64,000 nt of DNA from Methanotrichaceae archaeon (GTDB lineage: Archaea > Halobacteriota > Methanosarcinia > Methanotrichales > Methanotrichaceae). Both the position numbers and the translations under genes were made by a program. Where the stretch lies: assembly GCA_963813075.1 (NCBI GenBank), contig CAWEXU010000030.1, positions 64,001 through 128,000 on the forward strand, in the 5' to 3' direction. Below, in pieces: positions 20,488 to 29,230 of the stretch. The notes under the pieces were generated by a model. It was not told where the DNA came from. It worked only from the letters and a program-made list of their open reading frames with translations, and did not search any database. Numbering within the stretch: the stretch's first letter is position 1; each line of letters opens with the position of its first letter.

Positions 20488-21591
20488 TCAGGGAATGCAA
20501 TCGCTCACTTTTTGCAGAACGACTTCAATTGGATTGAAGTAGACTGTGACACTGGTATCAGTCCCCGCATCGCCGCCTTCTGTGTCACCAATAATTTCAT
20601 ACATCTGTACTAATCCAGTGCCCCTTTCAAACTTATCCGGATCATGATCGGAATCAGTATAGCTTATAGAGTCAGGCTGTACATTGATATCCCGGATGAT
20701 ATATCCAACTGGAGCTCGATAAATGATTACATCGTTTGCAAATCCTTCTACAGTGGTCCAGTCTTCTGTGGTCTCCATAGCTTTCATATAAATAAAAGCT
20801 GTTATATATTTTTGATGATTTATCGCATTAACCCAAACCGTTATTTTTGGACCATTGCCCGAGAAATCGTTATCTCCTCGTTCATGTTCAGGAGTGAATT
20901 TGGCCTGTGTTCGTTGGGTGCGATCGGTCTTTACGACGCATTTAGGCCCGATTATGGGAACCTCGGATAACGTGAGATTGGACCACTTTACAACCAATGC
21001 CTTGTCGTTCAATGTGAGAGGCACACCATTCCCACCAATGTTTAAAGTCATCTGATAGTGATGCGCAATTGACAGGAATTGGCTCACATTGGTCAGGGCC
21101 CCATCCTTATTCATGAGAAAAACACTGGGTCGTGTCTCTGCATCAAAATCATATCCATAGTAACCGATCACGGGACGCCTGCTGGGATCGATGTTTAAAT
21201 CAACCTGCGAAGGTACCACCTGGCACAGAGCAGGGATAACTGGAGGAGGCGTTTCTCCTAATAGACGGGCCCTTATCCGAATGAGATCCTGCCTCACCCT
21301 TGTCCTTACAAAATCCGTGTCGCATCTGAATTCGACTCCAGCAGTAGCAACTCCTCTGGCCAGGGTATTTGAGACCTCATTTCTTATTGTGGATTGAGTG
21401 CTATCTGTCAGTTGATCTCGGGTCTCCTCCAGAATCGTCTGCCAATCTGCATTTGCATTGTCCAGCTTGAAGATGGCTTCATCCAGCACAGCAACAGCCT
21501 TATCAATCGAATTCGCCAGCGGATTGAAGTCTATGCAACCACTGATTGACAAAATAACAATGATGGCAGTCGGGACAAGAACCTTTTGCAT
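20488..21591 (-). CDS. Hypothetical lipoprotein
   Basis: Lipobox ILSISG-C. Helical N-terminal half and beta-rich C-terminal half; AT-richer than flanking genes. Confidence 0.75.
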   Translation of the reverse strand: MQKVLVPTAIIVILSISGCIDFNPLANSIDKAVAVLDEAIFKLDNANADWQTILEETRDQLTDSTQSTIRNEVSNTLARGVATAGVEFRCDTDFVRTRVRQDLIRIRARLLGETPPPVIPALCQVVPSQVDLNIDPSRRPVIGYYGYDFDAETRPSVFLMNKDGALTNVSQFLSIAHHYQMTLNIGGNGVPLTLNDKALVVKWSNLTLSEVPIIGPKCVVKTDRTQRTQAKFTPEHERGDNDFSGNGPKITVWVNAINHQKYITAFIYMKAMETTEDWTTVEGFANDVIIYRAPVGYIIRDINVQPDSISYTDSDHDPDKFERGTGLVQMYEIIGDTEGGDAGTDTSVTVYFNPIEVVLQKVSDCIP

Positions 21592-21716
21592 AATTTCCTC
21601 CTGAATCCAGAGTTTAGTACTAAGCTATATTGAAGTATAGGTACTAATCATATAAATATGCTTGCCCCTTTTGATAAGATCAAAATAGGATTCATGGCGG
21701 TGATTTAAGCATAAGG

Positions 21717-21788
21717 GGCCGGGACCGGGATTCGAACCCAGCTCGAGGGATCCACAGTCCCTCAGGATAACCACTACCCTATCCCGGC
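21717..21788 (-). tRNA. tRNA-His(GTG)
   Basis: Minus strand GCCGGGATAGGGTAGTGGTTATCCTGAGGGACTGTGGATCCCCTCGAGCTGGGTTCGAATCCCGGTCCCGGCC. Anticodon GTG, discriminator C. Confidence 0.95.
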
Positions 21789-21804
21789 ATGCCACAATTC
21801 CAGT

Positions 21805-23349
21805 CTACTGGGAGAAGATAAAACTTTCCCCGCCATAGGCCTTCTCCGAGACCTCCACCACCAGGGATATGAGATCCTCGGGCCGGCTTATGTAGTAGAC
21901 CTGGCCGAGTCCGGAAAGGGACTCCTCCACATGCCGATCTTTATAGGCCGGATCGATGGAGAAGAGGACGAACCGGCTCACCTCCGAGGCCCTTTTGATA
22001 TCCTCCCATTCCTGGTAGAGATTTTGAATATGGGTGTCTGTGATGCAGAGGATCAGGCAGCCCGGACGGCCTTGAGCCAGCTCCAGTATCCTTTTTCCCG
22101 GTATATGGGTGCGGGTGCAAAAGAACTCCACCAGCACATCCTCCACGGCATTCAGGTCCCGCGTCCAGCTGGCCAGCCGGTACTTCTCGCTGAAGTTTAT
22201 CGCCGCCAACTCCGCCCCCATGGAATGGGCGAACTGGCAGGCCTTGAAGGCGGCCAGGGTCGCCTTATGGCTCTTGGTGCCCTTCTTATGCCCCTCCATG
22301 GAGCGGCTGCTGTCCAGGACGATGAGAAGGTCGGGCACTCCCGCCCTTCCCGGCATCAGGGGGCTGGTCTCATAGTCCCTTTTGTAGGTCGAGACTCCGG
22401 GAATTAGATAGGGGCTCATGCTTTGAGAGTAGGAGACATCCAGATCAGAGCAGGGGTCGGTCAGCCTCCACTTGGTGTAGCCGGATGGGTTTTCCTCCGA
22501 GCGGGCCCTGGGGACCTCTCTGATCTCTATGGAGTAGCTCTGGTCGCGATACCAGCGCTTCAGGTCTCCCCTCTGCCCAAGGACCGCCAGGGCCTCCTCA
22601 TACTCGCCGGCATCAAGGTCCGCAGCACAGAGCAGGGGCACGGCATCTGCGCAGCCCTTCAGGATCTCCTGCGCCCTGACCGGTCCCTGCCCCAGGACCC
22701 CTGGTTCAAAGGCACTCAGGATGCGGGCCATCTCCTGGCACTGCCTGGGCCAGAGGCTCTTGTCCCTGATGCCGGGAGAGAAGATCCGCAGGAGTTGCCC
22801 CTTCTCCGGAAGGGAGCATGGGGGGAGGGGTGCCTCCCAAAACTCCCTTAGAAAGCCCAGTACCACCCGATCTATGGGCATGAGGGCCCGCCCCGCCCGG
22901 CCATCCAGCTCCGCCAGTCTCTTGTAGCCCATCAGCACCAGCTTTTCGTCCCGCGCGCTCCGCTCCAGCCGGAAGGAGTCCGTTACAATATCGGAGAAGA
23001 TGTTCACCATCCTGCGGGCAGATTCTATATCGCCAGGGGAGCCTGGCAAAAGGTCCGATGTAAAATCCGGATGCTCCAGGCCCTTGAGCGCGGCCAGAGC
23101 CAGGAGGGAAGCATTTTCCAGCGATCGAGGGCAGAAGATGTATTGAACTATAAGATGCTCGAAGAGGTTTTCCAGATACCGGGGTCCGAGCTGGATCGCT
23201 TCCCGGTCTAAGGTGATCTGATAGTTCTGGAAGGGAAAGCTGCCCTGGGCTGTGCCATCCGCCCGGCCCAGAACGGGCATAGGGAGGAGCGGCCAGTGCC
23301 AGTTCTCCCGAGAGCTCTGCCAGATCTCAATCCAGCCCCAGGACTCCAT
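21805..23349 (-). CDS. von Willebrand factor A (vWA) domain protein
   Basis: C-terminal MIDAS LLIVLDSSRSM ... INFS ... T ... LCITDT. Confidence 0.85.
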   Translation of the reverse strand: MESWGWIEIWQSSRENWHWPLLPMPVLGRADGTAQGSFPFQNYQITLDREAIQLGPRYLENLFEHLIVQYIFCPRSLENASLLALAALKGLEHPDFTSDLLPGSPGDIESARRMVNIFSDIVTDSFRLERSARDEKLVLMGYKRLAELDGRAGRALMPIDRVVLGFLREFWEAPLPPCSLPEKGQLLRIFSPGIRDKSLWPRQCQEMARILSAFEPGVLGQGPVRAQEILKGCADAVPLLCAADLDAGEYEEALAVLGQRGDLKRWYRDQSYSIEIREVPRARSEENPSGYTKWRLTDPCSDLDVSYSQSMSPYLIPGVSTYKRDYETSPLMPGRAGVPDLLIVLDSSRSMEGHKKGTKSHKATLAAFKACQFAHSMGAELAAINFSEKYRLASWTRDLNAVEDVLVEFFCTRTHIPGKRILELAQGRPGCLILCITDTHIQNLYQEWEDIKRASEVSRFVLFSIDPAYKDRHVEESLSGLGQVYYISRPEDLISLVVEVSEKAYGGESFIFSQ

Positions 23350-24091
23350 CCGCCGCCTCGGGTCCGAATTCCTTCGCCCTTATCTGCCCGTTCTTCATCC
23401 GCCATCCCGCCCTCCTTCCCGCCCGGCCAAAAACGGTGATCCTGCCCCCTTTCATCAGCAATCCCAAATAGTCCCCCGCATCGCCGTGAATGCGCAGGCT
23501 CCCCGCGCTCATCAGCCAGCCCGCTCTCTCCCCGCAGCTGCCCTGGCAGACCACCCTCCCGCCACAGCAGCCCAGGGCCAGGAAGTTGCCGCAGTCTCCT
23601 TTGATCACACCCAGACCCCCGCCCATCCGGCGAAAGGCGTAGTGGCCCGCGCCGGGGGCAACTATCCCCCCGCCGGTCATCTCCTGGCCCAGATAGTCGC
23701 CTGCCGCCTGGCGGAGATAGATCCTGCCCCCTGTCATCCTCTCCCCCACATGCTCTCTGCCCTCATCCAGGATGATGGTGCCCCGGGATAGCTCCAGGCC
23801 GGCATAATCTCTGGCCGGAAGGTGCAGGGGCTCTGGATTCCTCTCAGCGGCAATGCTGGAGATATATCCCCAGATTAGCTGATACTTCTTCCCCGGATCG
23901 GATGCGAGCAGCATCTCAAGGGTGCTGGCATCCAGAGGGAGTAGCTCTTCGATCTCCGCCCGGCTGGGCCTGGTTCCCACCCTATCTGCCAGGTCCTCCA
24001 GGCTGAAGATGGGATCTCCCTCCTGGCTTTTCAGCCTGCGGCCCCTGTTCAGGCCGCGATAAGCGTTGTCCATGAAGCGCGTGAGCTTCAT
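23327..24091 (-). CDS. GXGXG beta-helix protein (FwdC/GltB C-terminal-like)
   Basis: Repeated G.Y.G..M.GG.I.V.G units. Confidence 0.85.
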   Translation of the reverse strand: MKLTRFMDNAYRGLNRGRRLKSQEGDPIFSLEDLADRVGTRPSRAEIEELLPLDASTLEMLLASDPGKKYQLIWGYISSIAAERNPEPLHLPARDYAGLELSRGTIILDEGREHVGERMTGGRIYLRQAAGDYLGQEMTGGGIVAPGAGHYAFRRMGGGLGVIKGDCGNFLALGCCGGRVVCQGSCGERAGWLMSAGSLRIHGDAGDYLGLLMKGGRITVFGRAGRRAGWRMKNGQIRAKEFGPEAADGVLGLD

Positions 24092-24092
24092 C

Positions 24093-25358
24093 TCATCCTC
24101 TCCTCATCAACTGCTGGAGAGCGGGTATGAAGTCCAGCCGGGCGATGGGATCGTCATAGATCGATAGCTCCTCTATCGCCCTCGATACTGATATCTCCCC
24201 ATCCACTGCCCGGGAGAAGATCAGGTTCATGTCTGCCCGCTCGTTCATAGTGCGATTGATGCTCTTTTCCACCAGTTCTGCCACCAGGGCCAGCTTTCTT
24301 GCCCCATAGTAAGGAGGCCGCTCGATGACGGATCTTACCGGGTTTATGCGGTGCCAGATCACATAGGGAGCCACCGCTTTTAAGACCTCCAGGTCGGCCT
24401 CTCTATCCAGGAGATAGGCAAAAGCGCGGGAAAAGGATCTCAGGTCCTGGCGCACCCGATCTGACAGACCCTCGTCTGCCTGCCAGCAGATGGCCTCCGG
24501 ATTGCCGCTGTAGTGGCAGCCCGGGCACAGACCTCGCGAGGGGCGGGCAGCGGATAGCTGGGTCTTGTCATACGACGGCGCTCTCTCGCAGAGGGTGAAA
24601 TCCCTCACTAAAGAGAGCACTGCCAGCTCCGCCTGCGGGTCCAGCCTCTTTTGGGCCACCTGTCCGGGCAGGGAGTCGAACTCCTGGGAGGTGAAGCGGG
24701 GCAGTTCCTCTGCCAGTTCCCGGACCTCCTTCTCCCTCTCGGAGAGGGCTAGCCCGGCCAGGAAATCGGGCTGATAGGCGGGAACGCAGACAGAGATGCG
24801 GTCCAGCAGGGCCTCGTCCAGGGGATAGGTGGCGGAGAACTCCGGGTTCATGGTCAGATAAAAGCAGGTATCTCCGGGCTCGTACACCTGGCCGGCATAG
24901 CTGATCTTTCTCTTCTTGATTATCTCCAAAAACAGGTTCTGCTTGCCCCCAGGAAAGCGGTTGATCTCATTGATCAGCTTCCAGCGGGATCGGGACCAGG
25001 GAGTCCAGAGAACCGTGCAGGGCCCTTCCTCCTCTCGTGTCCACTGTCTGGGATCAAGAAAGCCCACCATCTTCTCCTCCGTCTGCTCCGGATGGCCGGT
25101 CACCATCCGGTCCTCTACCTGGTCAAAGGATAAAGAGAGGAATGAGGAACCCAGCAGATTGACCAGAGTGGTCTTGTTCGCCCCCATTCCGCCGTAGAGG
25201 AGAAGAGCACGGTTTCGCAGGCAGGCGTTGGCAATAGAGAAGTAGAGCTGAGAGTTGACCCGTTGATCGCCGATGGCAAGATCCTTCCTGGCCACATGCA
25301 GCCTCAGCTCCTCTAAGGCGGAGATCAGGGCTTTTATCTTCTCCAGAGGGTCCGGCAT
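24093..25358 (-). CDS. MoxR-like AAA+ ATPase
   Basis: Variant Walker A LLYGGMGANKTT, variant Walker B LINEINR, and TMNP / TYPLDEALLDR motifs. Confidence 0.85.
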   Translation of the reverse strand: MPDPLEKIKALISALEELRLHVARKDLAIGDQRVNSQLYFSIANACLRNRALLLYGGMGANKTTLVNLLGSSFLSLSFDQVEDRMVTGHPEQTEEKMVGFLDPRQWTREEEGPCTVLWTPWSRSRWKLINEINRFPGGKQNLFLEIIKKRKISYAGQVYEPGDTCFYLTMNPEFSATYPLDEALLDRISVCVPAYQPDFLAGLALSEREKEVRELAEELPRFTSQEFDSLPGQVAQKRLDPQAELAVLSLVRDFTLCERAPSYDKTQLSAARPSRGLCPGCHYSGNPEAICWQADEGLSDRVRQDLRSFSRAFAYLLDREADLEVLKAVAPYVIWHRINPVRSVIERPPYYGARKLALVAELVEKSINRTMNERADMNLIFSRAVDGEISVSRAIEELSIYDDPIARLDFIPALQQLMRRG

Positions 25359-25447
25359 AAAAAGATATCTCTAATGCATGCGATATTTAAATCAGGCGAG
25401 AGGAGCGGCGGATTTGTGGATGAAGAAGGGATAGCGACTTTTGGCTT

Positions 25448-25507
25448 GAGAGAAGATAGGAACAGCAAAAGTCAGTGTAGGAGGGATTGAAGATTGACTT
25501 TTGCCAG
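25448..25507 (-). ncRNA. Candidate sRNA, copy 1 of 135-bp-period array
   Basis: UGGCAAAAGUCA-AUCUUCAAUCCCUCCUACAC-UGACUUUUGCUG followed by a pyrimidine tail. BRE/TATA CCGAAAGAGTTATATT at 25529-25544. Confidence 0.65.
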
Positions 25508-25584
25508 GAATCCATACGACATAAGACGAATATAACTCTTTCGGGCGATAACGATCGACGTGATTTCTATTGGAAGGACTTTCC

Positions 25585-25648
25585 GAAAAGGAGGGAGGGG
25601 CAAAAGTCACCATACGGGAGGGATTGATGGCCGTCGACTTTTGCCTGC
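25585..25648 (-). ncRNA. Candidate sRNA, copy 2 of array
   Basis: GGCAAAAGUC-GACGGCCAUCAAUCCCUCCCGUAUGGU-GACUUUUGCC-CCUCCCUCCUUUU. BRE/TATA CCAAAAGGTTTAAAT at 25669-25683. Confidence 0.7.
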
Positions 25649-25719
25649 GTTTATTACGGCATTTGACGATTTAAACCTTTTGGCCGCATGCCTGCATCGG
25701 TTTATTAGCTTAATTTAAT

Positions 25720-25780
25720 GTAAATAGGAGGGGGGCAAAAGTCATTTTATAGGAGGGATGTGGGTATTGACCTTTGCACA
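25720..25780 (-). ncRNA. Candidate sRNA, copy 3 of array
   Basis: GCAAAGGUCA-AUACCCACAUCCCUCCUAUAAAA-UGACUUUUGC-CCCCCUCCUAUUU, with one G-U pair. BRE/TATA GGAAACAAATATATA at 25802-25816. Confidence 0.7.
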
Positions 25781-25939
25781 ACTACTATACGATCATCAAC
25801 GTATATATTTGTTTCCGTCTGAAGCAATCGCCGATAGAATGCTTCTGCCAGGATGTCCTGCCAGGATGAAATGGGTGGACATGCCAGCATGAGTCATATT
25901 GGCACTCCACCTCAATACTGCCATCCGCATAATAGGATC

Positions 25940-27271
25940 CTAATCAGTCATTGTAGAGCCATCATAGATGCTGAATGTCGGATCGATCTCCCCCTTGAAT
26001 CTCTCCAGATAAAAGCCCATTATCTCCCTCATTCTCTCCACGGGATTCACCTCGAAGACATCCTTTTTATAAGCGCCGCCAAAAGAATCATTAAAATCGC
26101 CGAAATCGACATCCTCCCGGATCAGATGCTTTGTCATCTCATATATCTCGGTTCCAGGAATGGGAGTTAAAAGAAATACGTTTATCCATTTTGGCTTTGA
26201 TTCGGCAATCATCCTCTTGGTCAGATCTATATCCTCCTGAGTCTCACCGGGAATTCCCACTATCAAGAACATCCCGGTGACGATTCCGACCTCATTGGTC
26301 AGCTTAAAAGCCCTTATTATCTGCTCAACGGTAATTCCCTTGTTCAGGAGGTCCAGGATCGCCGGGCTCCCGCTCTCCACCCCAAAGCCAAGCTCGACGC
26401 AGCCCGCCTGTTTCATTCGAGACAATATCTCAAAATCAACCGTATCCACCCTGGCCATGGCCTCCCACTTCTTCCCAGGAAGCTCTTTTTCCATGGCATT
26501 ACAAAAATCAAGCAACCTCTTTCTGTTCTGGGTGAACAGATCGTCATCAAATGAGACGATTTCAACATCGTATTCATCATACAGCAGTCTCATCTCCTCG
26601 ATGATGTTATGGACGGATCGAAATCTGATCTGATTTCCGAAGACGGCTTTGCTGCAAAATCGGCAGGAGTACCGGCAGCCTCGAGCGGTGATTATCGGGG
26701 AAGTAGCACCCCCCAAATGCGTTTTCCATGGATCGGTATATTTATGCATATCCAGTAGATGCCTCGCGGGATAGGGGATCTCATCAAGATCTTTTATAAA
26801 TTCCCTGGGAGGCGTCCTTACCACATCCCCCTTCGAGACAAAGGAGATACCCTTAACATCATCCAGGGGTAGATCGTTCTCTATCGCCCTGACCAGCTCG
26901 ACTATGGTCCTTTCGCCCTCTCCATAGCATACTATTGAGTAGCCGCTCTCGTGCAGCCTGGAGCTGGGCAGACACATGACCCCCGGTCCGCCGATCATAA
27001 AGACAGCATTCTCTCTTCCCACAATGCCCGGAATTTTCATTGCCTCACCGAGCAATGGAATAGTTGAGGTCACCCCGACGATGTCCGCGTTCAATTCAGT
27101 GATTTTTTTAATGTAATCATCATAGTCGCAGATAAACCCGTCAATTATTTCTATTTCTAAATCATTATTATAAGCTAAGAGTGATGACGCCAAATACGCC
27201 AGCCCTAAAGGAGGCTCTGGACAAATGGAAAATGCCGTTCTGCCATTGGGCTGCACGAATGATATCTTCAT
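25940..27271 (-). CDS. B12-binding radical SAM protein
   Basis: PPLGLAYLAS, GEGE, ARGCRYSCRFC (CxxxCxxC), FDDDLF, GVESG, G.PGET and TPIPGT motifs. Confidence 0.92.
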   Translation of the reverse strand: MKISFVQPNGRTAFSICPEPPLGLAYLASSLLAYNNDLEIEIIDGFICDYDDYIKKITELNADIVGVTSTIPLLGEAMKIPGIVGRENAVFMIGGPGVMCLPSSRLHESGYSIVCYGEGERTIVELVRAIENDLPLDDVKGISFVSKGDVVRTPPREFIKDLDEIPYPARHLLDMHKYTDPWKTHLGGATSPIITARGCRYSCRFCSKAVFGNQIRFRSVHNIIEEMRLLYDEYDVEIVSFDDDLFTQNRKRLLDFCNAMEKELPGKKWEAMARVDTVDFEILSRMKQAGCVELGFGVESGSPAILDLLNKGITVEQIIRAFKLTNEVGIVTGMFLIVGIPGETQEDIDLTKRMIAESKPKWINVFLLTPIPGTEIYEMTKHLIREDVDFGDFNDSFGGAYKKDVFEVNPVERMREIMGFYLERFKGEIDPTFSIYDGSTMTD

Positions 27272-27364
27272 AATTAATTGGTCCTCCACAAAATATATTT
27301 ACATTTTCCTGAAGAAGGAAGTTCGGGCAAAAGAGTAATTAGATCTGCCGGAGAAAGGGAATTG

Positions 27365-28303
27365 ATGATCTACACAATCACCCTTAACCCCGCCCTGGAC
27401 CGCACCTTATGGATTAAAAACATGCGCGACGATGTCTCAAACCGCATAATAGAGGAGAAGAGCTTCGCAGGAGGAAAGAGCGTCGATGTCTCCAAGGTGC
27501 TCAAGAACCTGGGCCAGGAGAACATCGCCCTGGGGTTCGTGGGCGGCTTCGCCGGACGCGAACTGGAAGGACGGTTGCTCAATGAGGGCATTGAGACCGA
27601 TTTCGTGCGGGTATCCGGCGAGACCCGCACCAATATCGTGATTCATGAGAAGGATACGGGAAAGCAGTATGTCTTCAATGCCCGCGGCCCGGAGATCAGG
27701 CCGGATGAGCTGATGCAGTTCATAGAGCAGCTGGAGAGGCTGCCCTGCAGCGAGCTGGTCACCATCGGAGGGAGCCTGCCCCTAGGTATCAGCCCGGAGA
27801 TCTATCGCAAGATCATAAACCTGGTGAAAAAATGCCAGGTGAGGGTGGTGCTGGATGTGGACGGCGAGGCTCTCCGCCAGGGGATCTGTGCCCGGCCCAA
27901 TATCATCAAGCCGAATATCCATGAGCTCTCCGAGCTGGTGGGCCGGGAGCTGGCGGAGATGGAGGATATCGTTGCTGCTTCCAGAGAGATAAACCAGAGA
28001 GGAGTGGAGATCGTCCTCGTCTCCATGGGAGCGAGGGGAATACTCCTGGTCTCCGGCAGCAGGAGCTACTTGGCAGTGCCACCGGCGGTCAAAGTAGAGA
28101 GCACCGTGGGCGCAGGAGACTCATCTGTGGCCGGTTTCATCTTTGGCCTGGTGCAGGGGAAGGACCTGCCGGAGTGCCTGATCTATGCCGCCGCTGCAGG
28201 CACCGCCACCACCCTTCGTCAGGGAACAGCTCTTTGCCAGAAAGAGGATTTTGAGAGGCTGGTCCCACAGGTTGTGCTGACCGATCTCTCCCGCAAAGAA
28301 TGA
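27365..28303 (+). CDS. pfkB: 1-phosphofructokinase family (PfkB) hexose kinase
   Basis: MIYTITLNPALD, AGGK, GETRTN, IKPN.HEL and STVGAGDS motifs. Confidence 0.9.
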   Translation: MIYTITLNPALDRTLWIKNMRDDVSNRIIEEKSFAGGKSVDVSKVLKNLGQENIALGFVGGFAGRELEGRLLNEGIETDFVRVSGETRTNIVIHEKDTGKQYVFNARGPEIRPDELMQFIEQLERLPCSELVTIGGSLPLGISPEIYRKIINLVKKCQVRVVLDVDGEALRQGICARPNIIKPNIHELSELVGRELAEMEDIVAASREINQRGVEIVLVSMGARGILLVSGSRSYLAVPPAVKVESTVGAGDSSVAGFIFGLVQGKDLPECLIYAAAAGTATTLRQGTALCQKEDFERLVPQVVLTDLSRKE

Positions 28304-28312
28304 GGTGGAAGA

Positions 28313-29230
28313 ATGATTGAGAATGAGAATATCAGGGTCCCCCTGGATGTCCCGGCAAAGAGCCGCAAAAGATACCTGGATAACTATATGAAGATCACCA
28401 AAGGCCGGGGCCGTCTGATGCTATTTGCCGGCGACCAGAAGGCAGAGCACTTAAACGACGACTTCATCGGAGAGGGTATTGCCCCCGAGGATAACGATCC
28501 AGAACACCTCTTCCGGATAGCGGCCAAATCCAATATAGGCGTCTTTGCCACCCAGCTGGGCCTGATCGCCCACTATGGCATGGACTATCCATCTGTCCCC
28601 TACCTGGTCAAGCTGAACTCCAAGACCAACCTGATCAAAACCAATCAGGCGGACCCCCGCAGCCCCCAATGGATAGATGTCCAGCAGGTCATCGAGTTTC
28701 TTGAAAGCAGCAAGCTCGATATCCTGGGGGTGGGCTACACCATCTACCTGGGAAGCGAGCATGAGGGAAAGATGCTCTCCCAGGCCGCCCGGCTCGTCTT
28801 CCAGGCCCATCAGGCCGGTCTGGTCACAGTGCTCTGGATCTATCCCCGGGGACGGGCGGTTGGGGATGAGAAGGACCCTCACCTCATCGCCGGCGCGGCC
28901 GGCGTGGCCCTGACTCTGGGAAGCGACTTCGTCAAAGTGAACTATCCGGCCAAAGCCGGGCAGGACTCGGCGGAGATATTCAAGGAGGCGGTCGTGGCAG
29001 CGGGCCGCACCAGGGTGGTCTGTGCCGGCGGGGAGAGCACCGATGCCCGCCTGTTCCTGCAGAGGCTGTACGACCAGATCCACATCAGCGGTGCGGCAGG
29101 AAATGCTACCGGCAGGAACATTCACCAGAGGCCTTTGGAAGAAGCCGTGAGGCTATGCAATGCCATCTATGCCATAACCGTGGATAATGCCAGCGTGGAC
29201 TGGGCCTACAGGCTCTACCTGGGAGAATGA
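28313..29230 (+). CDS. Class I (DhnA-type) aldolase, probable fructose-bisphosphate aldolase
   Basis: LFAGDQK.EH, VKLN, GYTIYLGS, LWIYPRG, LGSDFVKVNYP, CAGG and GRNIHQ motifs. Confidence 0.88.
   Translation: MIENENIRVPLDVPAKSRKRYLDNYMKITKGRGRLMLFAGDQKAEHLNDDFIGEGIAPEDNDPEHLFRIAAKSNIGVFATQLGLIAHYGMDYPSVPYLVKLNSKTNLIKTNQADPRSPQWIDVQQVIEFLESSKLDILGVGYTIYLGSEHEGKMLSQAARLVFQAHQAGLVTVLWIYPRGRAVGDEKDPHLIAGAAGVALTLGSDFVKVNYPAKAGQDSAEIFKEAVVAAGRTRVVCAGGESTDARLFLQRLYDQIHISGAAGNATGRNIHQRPLEEAVRLCNAIYAITVDNASVDWAYRLYLGE

Noticed and set aside
19670..21720. Integrated element (att-bounded) at tRNA-His
   Set aside because: No duplicated tRNA 3' end and no integrase found.
25420..25446. Possible fourth copy of the sRNA repeat (GAAGGGATAGCGACTTTTGGC)
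   Set aside because: Only one degenerate arm, off-period and without a promoter.
25448..25816. CRISPR array interpretation of the 135-bp repeats
   Set aside because: The period is too long, the repeats are internally variable, each unit has its own TATA box, and there are no cas genes in the window.
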